A stretch of DNA of 64,000 bases, from positions 93,946 to 157,945 of the IMG/VR virus record IMGVR_UViG_3300028898_000252; one strand, written 5' to 3'. This DNA is from a virus (lineage: Duplodnaviria; Heunggongvirae; Uroviricota; Caudoviricetes). Made by a program: the position numbers and the translations under genes. The notes under the pieces were generated by a model. The model was given only the letters and a program-made list of their open reading frames with translations. It was not told where the DNA came from and searched no databases. Positions within the stretch are counted from its first letter, which is position 1; every line of letters begins with the position of its first letter. Of the stretch, positions 21,601-28,800 are shown one piece after another.

Positions 21601-21662
21601 CTCTTGAGTTTATTGAATCAACATTTGAGCTAACAAGAGGAAGCGTTGTTTTTACAGATTAA
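18654..21662 (+). CDS. Contractile tail sheath protein 2
   Basis: FRSPGVNVKEID...GPAFVP; YFPDV...VPPS...WFAPAGFTRG...KINPI...VWGQKT...RINVRRL. Confidence 0.92.
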   Translation: MAELTFRSPGVNVKEIDVSGGTAILPSGLPAVVISTTQMGPAFVPVLVPTLKDWRTIFGVPVTYVNYGALAATEWFRTQQALTQIRILGVGDGTQRTDSGDNRGKVTSAGFVVGDRQPQSSLSGAYGSNAYANTVSAAPNATGSAGRTYFLGCYMSESNGSTVFTDAGLSGRGQSILRGIVMAASGVIPTLSSSRGPDSSIPNASTSADYSAGTIKGSITGTVYLSGGSQEFVILLNGHKGTSETYPRALTASFDPTAPNYLGTVLNKDPLKMEEAGYVLYSYYDVHSSLAVPTGSGIIATANGGVRENIAFLVTGAMSRNSGSSTAPNYESFEDRYRSAHTPWFISQRQGGLYQNLFKFHLITDGEQNPVKVSVENISPSTNDVNPYGTFDILVRSFSDTDNNKVVLEAFRGLTLNPKSAKYIAKQIGDKNIYYNFDIAEEQQGLTETGNYELRSRYIRVEMDELVDNGDIDSSLLPMGFRGPQHLVTSGSAPMPAFSDATYLTSQNPFNKILEPPVPFRTTISKGTGTTKTADRNLYWGVQFENVVSVSEPNSSKVLNKSISSRTKYFPDFQLDWMNFVVDGNEGVADSAENGILDADRFNNNLFSLEKVKIYYNSSTGLPNTSRIKDWTYVRAGNISTDTSALTRALQITDLTEPTTRTVGKFTCYFYGGFDGVRIFNLDTKYLTNKAIIEEMDSSNRGFSDGPTVKAYRKSLDLVSDSTEVDGRLFVMPGIRHEIITDAAIDVATRSRNDIFYIFDLEEKDVNGNAITSDTQDVSISQTIINFRNRGLDSSYAATYFPDVIIQDSYNKVSVRVPPSVAVLGAYGLNDLVGYSWFAPAGFTRGALNTVDRTALTLKQENLDDLYPEKINPITAFSGEGVKVWGQKTVNASVSSLERINVRRLLLTLRRRIRLISKSTLFEQYTDSLLQEFSKLVEPVLKEIQDLGGLDGYRVFINNLTTTQLDKANRVIRGKIIVQPTESLEFIESTFELTRGSVVFTD

Positions 21663-21690
21663 ATTATAAGAACTTATCTTTATTTTAAAC

Positions 21691-21733
21691 AAATTCCTAT
21701 TTCTAAAATATTTATTCCTAGAAATAGGAATTT
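21691..21733. repeat. Perfect 15 bp inverted repeat between sheath 2 and tube
   Basis: AAATTCCTATTTCTA (21691-21705) / TAGAAATAGGAATTT (21719-21733); the 13 nt loop contains ATATTTA. Confidence 0.85.
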
Positions 21734-21742
21734 TTATTTATA

Positions 21743-22231
21743 ATGGCAGAAACACTACCAGTTGGGAAAATGCTCCCAGTTAAATTTGAACCAGTAATGA
21801 AAAATCGTGCGATTCTTGAAATCGAAGGGATTGATTATTTTTTAATCAAAACATTTTCAGCCCCAGAAGTTCAGGTTGAAAAAGCTGATATTCATTGGAT
21901 CAATGTTCAACGAAAAGTCGCAACAAAAATGACTTTTCAACCAATGAATGTCACGCTGCACCAAGCTATTGCGCCAAGCGCAGGCCAACAAATTCAAGAA
22001 TGGCTAAGACTTTCAACCGAATATATTTCTGGTCGTTCTGGCTATATGGATTTCTACAAACGTGACATTGTTATTAAAGTTCTTGATCCAGTCGGAAACG
22101 TAGTTAATCGTTGGGAAATCCGTGGTGCGTTTTTAACTTCGGCAAACTTTGGCGAATTCTCTCATGAATCCGCAGAGTTACAAGAGATCCAACTTGGAAT
22201 TGAGTATGACGTGGCGTATATGCTACATTAA
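21743..22231 (+). CDS. Tail tube protein (gp19-like)
   Basis: FEPVMKNR...QQIQEW...FYKRDIVIKVLDPVGNVVNRWEIRGAF...NFGEF; follows the sheath genes. Confidence 0.9.
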   Translation: MAETLPVGKMLPVKFEPVMKNRAILEIEGIDYFLIKTFSAPEVQVEKADIHWINVQRKVATKMTFQPMNVTLHQAIAPSAGQQIQEWLRLSTEYISGRSGYMDFYKRDIVIKVLDPVGNVVNRWEIRGAFLTSANFGEFSHESAELQEIQLGIEYDVAYMLH

Positions 22232-22263
22232 ATCCTTAATAATTTCGCATACTTACAAGTGGA

Positions 22264-22292
22264 TTAGCAATTTTTCAACATTTGAATATAAT
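22264..22292 (+). promoter_or_regulatory. Possible sigma70-type promoter for the HNH gene
   Basis: TTAGCA-17 nt-TATAAT, 6 nt before the ATG at 22299. Confidence 0.35.
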
Positions 22293-22298
22293 GATTGA

Positions 22299-23218
22299 AT
22301 GAATACAAAATCTGAACTTGATCTTTCTGAAAATGAAAGAAAAAGAATAAAAACTTATGATTGTCCTGAGTGTGATGTTCAATATAATTTGGATTCTTTA
22401 AGAGTTCACTACTCTAAACTTCACAAAAAATCCTCAAGAGAACTTTGTGCAAAACTTTTTTACGGTGGAATTGAACCAACATGTAAATGTGGTTGCGGAG
22501 GAAAACTTTATTATTTTGGATTAACAATTGGTTTTGGATCATACGTCAAAGGACATCATGTGAGGGAAATTGAAAAAAATCCTTGGAACAAAGAACGAGG
22601 AGTCGAAGCAAAGAAAAAATCAATTGAAACAAAAATGAAACTCTATAAAGAAGGAAAATTTAAATTTTTTGATGGAAAAGAACCTTGGAACAAAGGAAAA
22701 AGAAAAGCAACCAATCCTGAATATGCAGAGCGAATTAAATTTACCGACACAGAAAAATTTAAAACAGGGCAAAAGATAAGACTTGCCAAAGCCAAAAAAA
22801 CCCATTAAAAGGTGCTGCATCACACTTGTGGAAAGGTGGAGTAAGTCCACTAAACGCCTATTGTAGAGCTTCTCAAGAATTTTATAATAAGTGGACGCAT
22901 ACAAAACTTAAAGAATTTAATTTTTCATGTTTTGTATGTGGGATTCAAAACGGAAAATTAGAAGTTCATCACGACAAAGAAACCTTTTCTTCAATTTTAA
23001 GAAAAATAGCGGAAGAAGAAGGTTGGTTAGAAATTCATTTTCTAAATGAACGACTTGAAAATCCAAGTCAAGAAACTTTAAACTTGAAAGAAAAAATTTC
23101 AAAAAAAGTGATAGAATATCATGTTAGTAATAATGTAAGCGGGATTCCTTTATGCGAAAACTGCCACCAAGCAAAACATCCAAATTACAATGTTTCTAAA
23201 GCAAGAAAAAAGAAATAA
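22299..23218 (+). pseudogene. HNH homing endonuclease split by a frameshift
   Basis: ORF1 has a C2H2-like finger, CKCGCG and PWNK repeats; ORF2 has WKGG, CFVCG, LEVHH, LCENCH. One extra A in the A7 run at 22794-22800 would fuse them. Confidence 0.75.
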
Positions 23219-23255
23219 ATAACATTGTAAATTTTTGTGCATATTCTATGAATTT

Positions 23256-23735
23256 ATGTCTAATCAAAAAAATCCATCCCATTTTTTAAAAACTTGGTTT
23301 TGGTCAAAAACACTAGGACATTTTATTGATCAAGAAACGGGAAAAGAAATAGGGCAAAATAAAAATTATCTTTCTGCGGGTCCAATATATACAGGTACCG
23401 CATCTGAGTGGTGCGATATTTTTGTGGATTTATTATTTGACGCCTCAAATCATGTTCAATTAGAAAATAATGTTAAGCCATACAGCATTGCTTCTTTCAA
23501 TAGAGAAACAAAGAAAACATCGTATGTCGAATGTTTTAGTCCTGTACAGAAAATCACAGTAGGAACTGACGCATGGGAAACTTTAAATAATTCAAAAAGA
23601 TTTTCAAAACAAACAGAATTTACTGGTTCTATTGATGAAAAAATACAAGTATGTTTTGATCCAATGTATCCTAATTCTGTAGTCGTTGTTGGAGAGTATG
23701 GAAAAAATCCAATATTAATTTCTGTTATTGTTTAA
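23256..23735 (+). CDS. Stand-alone paralog of the MCP A-domain (copy 1)
   Basis: WFWSKTLGHFIDQETGKEI...AGPIYTGTASEWCDIF...DASNHV aligns to MCP YYWSRSPGKFVNKQTGSEV...AGPAFTGTVREWYETL...DVSNEI. Confidence 0.8.
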   Translation: MSNQKNPSHFLKTWFWSKTLGHFIDQETGKEIGQNKNYLSAGPIYTGTASEWCDIFVDLLFDASNHVQLENNVKPYSIASFNRETKKTSYVECFSPVQKITVGTDAWETLNNSKRFSKQTEFTGSIDEKIQVCFDPMYPNSVVVVGEYGKNPILISVIV

Positions 23736-23763
23736 AGTAATCCTATTGGCTATATCTTTTAAG

Positions 23764-24306
23764 ATGGAAACAACCAAAGAAGAAAAGAAGAAAGTTATAG
23801 GAACAGAAGATGAATTTGGTTCATATTGTCAATACTGGCCAATGAAACCAGGAGTATTTTGTAATAAATTGACTGGAGAATCTCGCGAACCTATAAAAAT
23901 GTCGAGTTTGAAACCAAGTAATCCTGGTCAAAATTTATTTACTAATAAAGAACAAGAAAAATCGTTTTGGTATTCTTCGTTTTACACTTCTTTTATTGAT
24001 ATTTTTTATTGGTTTAAAACTAATAATATTAATCTTGATAAAGTAGTTGTTGGAACTTCTGGATGGAAACTTTTACAAAAATTTGTTTTTGGGCCAAAAT
24101 TTAATGATACAGACAAATTTCTTGGAGTTTATGAAATAGAGGATTGGACAGTAGATCCCATTACCGTAGAACCTGTTTGTATTATAAAATCGATTAAAAT
24201 TCATTATGAACCCCACTTTAACATAGATTATATGTTGTTTGGAGATAGAGACGTTGGTAAAACAGTCTTGGTAAAGCTTTTATATTCTGAGGAACTTTAT
24301 GTTTAA
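23764..24306 (+). CDS. Stand-alone paralog of the MCP A-domain (copy 2)
   Basis: YWPMKPGVFCNKLTGES vs MCP YWSRSPGKFVNKQTGSE (9/17 identical); KVVVGT and IHYEPHF...MLFG also align. Start could instead be the GTG at 23728. Confidence 0.65.
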   Translation: METTKEEKKKVIGTEDEFGSYCQYWPMKPGVFCNKLTGESREPIKMSSLKPSNPGQNLFTNKEQEKSFWYSSFYTSFIDIFYWFKTNNINLDKVVVGTSGWKLLQKFVFGPKFNDTDKFLGVYEIEDWTVDPITVEPVCIIKSIKIHYEPHFNIDYMLFGDRDVGKTVLVKLLYSEELYV

Positions 24307-24751
24307 GCACTTGGTTAAAACAAATGGAAATTTATATTCTATAAACATTAAGTCATATAAACAAATTGTAGGTCTTTTGTCCAAATTAAAGTTTATAGAA
24401 CCTTTAAAAGCAGATAAAATTACTTTGGAATTAAATCCAAATGAAACTATGATTGATTTTTTTGCGTGTGCCTCCTCTGAGATGGTTCGTAATTTTATAG
24501 AATTTTTTCCAAATGTTGGATCTGTTGCAAGCAAATACTTTTACAAAATTAGAGCGTTTCCTGTTTCTGTTAAATTATTAACTGAAGATAAAATCGAAGA
24601 AACAACTTATTATTTAAACTTTTGGTTTGTTATAGATGCCAAAACGAAAGAAAAGTTTATTTGCAAAGTTAATTCAGAAGGACATTATATTAGTTCTGAC
24701 GAACCAGAGGCAGTGAAAAAGTTTTGTGAATTAATAGGAATCGAGTATTAG
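24299..24751 (+). CDS. Hypothetical protein
   Basis: 150 aa ORF overlapping the upstream stop. Confidence 0.7.
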   Translation: MFKHLVKTNGNLYSINIKSYKQIVGLLSKLKFIEPLKADKITLELNPNETMIDFFACASSEMVRNFIEFFPNVGSVASKYFYKIRAFPVSVKLLTEDKIEETTYYLNFWFVIDAKTKEKFICKVNSEGHYISSDEPEAVKKFCELIGIEY

Positions 24752-25404
24752 AAATACCCTAAGTCAAGAATTACCAATTCACCGTTATCACGTTTGCCCC
24801 AATTTTCTTCGTGAAGGTCTACTTGTTGCGGCTTTACTCCACAACGAGCTAATCCTTTAGCTAAAGTCAACATCCAATTATTAACGCGAGTAGTATAATT
24901 TCTATTATTGCTCATAACATTTTCTAAAATTCCATTAAAAATTTCGGCAAGAGAAAAATAATCTCCATTTTCTCTATCCTCTTCGGAAACATCTTTTTCC
25001 GCATCTTTAATAGAAGATATAATTGAACTATCTGAACCTTCTAATTTTTCTAAAAGAGCTGCTCTGAATTCTTCTACGGATTTTATTGGGCTAACTTTTT
25101 CTGCTATTATCCAATAGAAATACGACTTGTCAAAATCATAAATTTTTGTGGCAAACAAATCATCTATACACTGTTTAGCCTTTACTTCATTTTGATTTTG
25201 TCGCCCTGTTAAATCAATTTTCAAAACCAAGTTATTGTTGACTTGATAAACTTCTCTTGTTGAATATTCACTTTTACCAATTAATCTAAAATTAGAAATT
25301 GCATATTTTTCAATGTCTTCATAAAACCTAAAAGACTTTAATGTGTTGATTATACTTTTAATTTCGCTTGTATTAGATTCAAATATAAGTGGTTTAATTT
25401 TCAT
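24748..25404 (-). CDS. Protein kinase-like protein 1, leader MKIKPLIFE
   Basis: LVLKI (beta3 Lys), QNEV (alphaC Glu), DLHEEN (D-x4-N catalytic loop), VILDLG (DFG equivalent). Confidence 0.8.
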   Translation of the reverse strand: MKIKPLIFESNTSEIKSIINTLKSFRFYEDIEKYAISNFRLIGKSEYSTREVYQVNNNLVLKIDLTGRQNQNEVKAKQCIDDLFATKIYDFDKSYFYWIIAEKVSPIKSVEEFRAALLEKLEGSDSSIISSIKDAEKDVSEEDRENGDYFSLAEIFNGILENVMSNNRNYTTRVNNWMLTLAKGLARCGVKPQQVDLHEENWGKRDNGELVILDLGYF

Positions 25405-25406
25405 TT

Positions 25407-26066
25407 TCAAAACATCTTTGTGTAACCATAGTCTAAAATAACAAAATCCCCGTTTAAACGCCTCCCCCAGTTTCTAACGAGTAAGTCTCCTGGATTTATT
25501 TCACAGCGTCTAATGAGGTTTAAAAGGCTTTTAAGCCAGGGCGAATATTTTCCTGTTGGAAAATCTTTTTGAGATTTTAAATAATCTAAAAAAGTATGTA
25601 AAAACTGTTCGCCTTCAAGTTCATAGTTTTTTACTTTTTCTTCTTCTCCACCATAACCTTCAATCCACTGTTCTATATCAAGAAAATTAGAACCTTCTAA
25701 TTCGGCTTTAAGATAATCAATAAAACCCATTGTATCCCTGCCTGGGTTTAGAGGTCTGACTTTTTCAGAAACTAACCATGTATATCCTGTTTCGTCATAT
25801 GCATAAATCTTTGTTAAAAATTTATCTCCTCCGCAAGACTTTATCTTTATTTCGTTTTTTATTTCATCGGTCTCGTCCTTAGATACTTTTAACACATAGT
25901 TTCCAAGATTGTAAACAACTTTAAACGATCCTGCGCCTATTTCTTTACCAGCAAACATTTTTTCAATTTCATCAACAGACATATTTCTTAGCTTGTCAAC
26001 AATGTCATTTAGCTCTTTTGGTAGTTTCGAGAGTGCCATTTCAAATATAAGTGGTTTAATTTTCAT
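25407..26066 (-). CDS. Protein kinase-like protein 2, leader MKIKPLIFE
   Basis: IGAGSFKVVY Gly loop, YVLKV, KNEI, DLLVRN, VILDYG; ATG at 26066. Confidence 0.85.
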   Translation of the reverse strand: MKIKPLIFEMALSKLPKELNDIVDKLRNMSVDEIEKMFAGKEIGAGSFKVVYNLGNYVLKVSKDETDEIKNEIKIKSCGGDKFLTKIYAYDETGYTWLVSEKVRPLNPGRDTMGFIDYLKAELEGSNFLDIEQWIEGYGGEEEKVKNYELEGEQFLHTFLDYLKSQKDFPTGKYSPWLKSLLNLIRRCEINPGDLLVRNWGRRLNGDFVILDYGYTKMF

Positions 26067-26682
26067 TGTCGTCAAATCCTTCAAAGCCATAGTCCAAAAT
26101 AACTAAATCAGATCCATTTCGTGTGCCCCAATTATCATGATATAAATCCCCAGATTCTAAACCGCATAAATCAACTAGTTCCAAAATTGATACCAACCAT
26201 TCGCTATCGATTTTAGTGTTACGGGTTTTTTTATCCTTTAATATTTTAACAAACTCTCTTTCAAGAGAAGAATTCTCTGTACGCGCTATAATAGATAACT
26301 CTTTTAACACATTTGTGTTATTTAAAATACTAGATAAGAGCATTTCAAATTTATCCTTCGACAAAGTTTGAACTTGTTCAGTAATCATCCAGTTATAGTT
26401 ATTTCGATCAAATCCATAAACCTTTGTTAGTAATGAAGAATAACCAGAACATTTATAGACATTAATTTCCTTTTCTATCTCTCTTGAATTGTTGGATACT
26501 TTCAATAGAAATTTACCTGGGGTAAATGTATAATAAATGACTTTGTTTTCGCCTCTGTTAATCTCATTTAGAGAATATTTTTGTTTAATCTTTTTAAGAG
26601 ACATTTCATTCAAATCTTGAATTTCATCGGCAATATCTGAATATCGAGTTTTTGATTCGAAGATAAGAGGTTTAATTTTCAT
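26056..26682 (-). CDS. Protein kinase-like protein 3, leader MKIKPLIFE
   Basis: FLLKV, EKEI, DLYHDN, VILDYG. Confidence 0.8.
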   Translation of the reverse strand: MKIKPLIFESKTRYSDIADEIQDLNEMSLKKIKQKYSLNEINRGENKVIYYTFTPGKFLLKVSNNSREIEKEINVYKCSGYSSLLTKVYGFDRNNYNWMITEQVQTLSKDKFEMLLSSILNNTNVLKELSIIARTENSSLEREFVKILKDKKTRNTKIDSEWLVSILELVDLCGLESGDLYHDNWGTRNGSDLVILDYGFEGFDDNEN

Positions 26683-27344
26683 TTGCGACTTCTTTTCTCT
26701 TTGATTTTAAGGTTCAAATAGTCAATAAACTCATCTGAGGTTTCATCTGGAAAATCTGCGTCGAATAAACGATTAACATTATCCATAAATAAATCTAATA
26801 CACGATAACCATCATTAATATAAAAGTTTTCCAAAAATTGTATCGGATCTATTTTTTCAATAACCGAAACCGTGTTAACTTTTAATAAAGGTTCTCCATC
26901 TGAGCCTGTTAGATAATCATAAAATTTTGTATTTTCATCTACTTCATCTGGATAGACTTCTGAGTACCATTCCGCGAAATCTTGATTTTGAATTGGAATT
27001 AATTCTCCTTTTACGATATTTGTTTGACCAAGCACAAGAGGAATTAAAAGAACGTCAAGAAACATGTTTTGGAAATAGTCTTTTAAACCATAGAGCGCTT
27101 GGCTTTGATCAGGTTTTGAAATAAAATACTTGTTTCCCTTTTTAGAAACAAAAAAACAAGAAACGCCCGACTCAAAGTTTTTGCCAGTCTCTTTTTTCCA
27201 TTCATCCCCCAAACCAAAAGCAGAAGGGGAATCAATATTGTTTCCTATTTTGAGAAACAATTGATTCCCCTTATCGGCGTACTCTAGCCGCGATGTTTTA
27301 ACAATAGCTTTAATTTCTTCGAATATAAGCGATTTAATTTTCAC
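26679..27344 (-). CDS. Putative ADP-ribosyltransferase-like protein, leader MKIKSLIFE
   Basis: ESGVSCF and GSDGEPLL motifs resemble the Ser and Glu strands of R-S-E ARTs; GTG start. The CDS is secure, the function is inferred. Confidence 0.45.
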   Translation of the reverse strand: MKIKSLIFEEIKAIVKTSRLEYADKGNQLFLKIGNNIDSPSAFGLGDEWKKETGKNFESGVSCFFVSKKGNKYFISKPDQSQALYGLKDYFQNMFLDVLLIPLVLGQTNIVKGELIPIQNQDFAEWYSEVYPDEVDENTKFYDYLTGSDGEPLLKVNTVSVIEKIDPIQFLENFYINDGYRVLDLFMDNVNRLFDADFPDETSDEFIDYLNLKIKEKRSRK

Positions 27345-27401
27345 ATATCTAAATATAAAAAATTTTTTTCAACTCTGCAAGTAAATAATTTTCTTATTTT
27401 T

Positions 27402-28070
27402 TTACTTGTTGTATTCAACAGATTCTGCTAGGTCTTCTTTGGAGAAATAATTTTCTTTAAATTCTACACTTGGATAAAAATATCGCGAATTAATCAAAGA
27501 ACCGATGAATATAAAATTTGTTGGTTCTAAAAGCCAGTACTCATTTGTTTCTTTGGCGTCTGGAACACATCCTATGAATTTATCTCCCAAATCTTTTCTT
27601 AATAGTTTGGGGGAGTATTTTTTTTGGGAAAGTTCTTCACTCTCTTCATCGTTTAAATTTAATGTTTTTGTTAAAAACTTTTTCATCAAAAATGAAAGTC
27701 CATAATCAGATTCTCCATCATCTGGACAATCTTCTATTTTCTTTGCGGTCGAAAACATTTTGTTCGCTTTTTCTGTGTCCATTCCATAAATGAAGAATTC
27801 TTCATTTGGATAAACACCATCAAGCGAAGCTAAAGCATCTTCTATACGCCGTGCCACAGAAATTCTTGGCGTAATATCATCTTCAATAATATTTTGGTCT
27901 ACATCTTTATATAAGTTTTTGGCAACTCTTGGAGTAAAAACAAATTCTTTTCCCAAGAATTTAGTTGAAAGATGAAACGCATCAAATATTTCATCGAGAA
28001 GTCTTATACTTATCCTTTCACTTCTGTCAATATTTTCAGCTTCTTCGAATATAAGAGATTTGATTTTCAC
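27402..28070 (-). CDS. Putative ADP-ribosyltransferase-like protein, leader MKIKSLIFE
   Basis: FHLS...FTPRV...EDDITPRISVARRIEDAL...VPDAKETNEYWLLEP, consistent with a His-strand/Glu-strand ART fold; GTG start. Confidence 0.45.
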   Translation of the reverse strand: MKIKSLIFEEAENIDRSERISIRLLDEIFDAFHLSTKFLGKEFVFTPRVAKNLYKDVDQNIIEDDITPRISVARRIEDALASLDGVYPNEEFFIYGMDTEKANKMFSTAKKIEDCPDDGESDYGLSFLMKKFLTKTLNLNDEESEELSQKKYSPKLLRKDLGDKFIGCVPDAKETNEYWLLEPTNFIFIGSLINSRYFYPSVEFKENYFSKEDLAESVEYNK

Positions 28071-28085
28071 GAAAATAAATATGGT

Positions 28086-28337
28086 TTAAAACTGTAAATT
28101 TGCCTTTAGAGTCGGCATCATTTGTAGCCCGACCAGTTTTTTTACAAACTTGTCTTGATCATCTAAAACTACAATTGATGGCACAGCTCTAATTTCATAT
28201 TTATTTGCGATTTCTGGTTCTTCATCAATATCAACATAGCGAACATCCATTTGAAGTTCTTTGCTTAGTCTTTCTACTATTGGTTTTTGTATTTTGCATG
28301 GGCCACACCATGTTGCATAGAATTCGATTAGTTTCAT
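28086..28337 (-). CDS. trxA: Thioredoxin
   Basis: FYATWCGPCK active site; IRAVPSI cis-Pro motif. Confidence 0.93.
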   Translation of the reverse strand: MKLIEFYATWCGPCKIQKPIVERLSKELQMDVRYVDIDEEPEIANKYEIRAVPSIVVLDDQDKFVKKLVGLQMMPTLKANLQF

Positions 28338-28419
28338 TTTTTTATTCTGTTCCTTTGTTTATTTAGATACTGCTTGCCGCAAATAAGATTCTTTAAAAAA
28401 TAACATTTTAAATGTTTTG

Positions 28420-28639
28420 TTATTCATCACAGATAACTTTAAATTTATCATCGATTTCAAACTTAGGCTTGATTTCCAAAGAATCGATGTAGAATAATTC
28501 GTGATCAATTTTACCATTAATCAAATTAAAAATGGCAGGAATTTTTACTATTCCGTTTTCGGTTAAATATTGCTTGCATTCAATGGAATCATAATCGACT
28601 ACCGAGTTAAGATCAATATTGGACTTAATATCAGAAAGA
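28420..28639 (-). pseudogene. 3' fragment of a gene interrupted by the TnpB element
   Basis: Start-less open frame LSDIKSNIDLNS...YLTENGIVKIP...VICDE-stop, resembling the C-termini of 31189 and 31767. Confidence 0.7.
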
Positions 28640-28800
28640 ATGACATACTCCCACTGTTCTTAACAGTGGGTTTCTTGAATTTCTTCAAATTGCTCTCTGG
28701 TTGGATCGCCTTCAAACCCATTGCCAGTTGAGGGTGCCATAGGCAAAGGCGAAGCCTTTGCTTTTTCTCCTCTCCTACCAATCTCATTCTTGATAGGATC
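28620..28800 (-). ncRNA. Predicted TnpB omegaRNA plus flanking guide (5' boundary approximate)
   Basis: TnpB guide RNAs derive from the tnpB 3' end and right end; hairpin at 28650-28670; predicted guide TCTTTCTGATATTAAGTCC. Confidence 0.5.
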
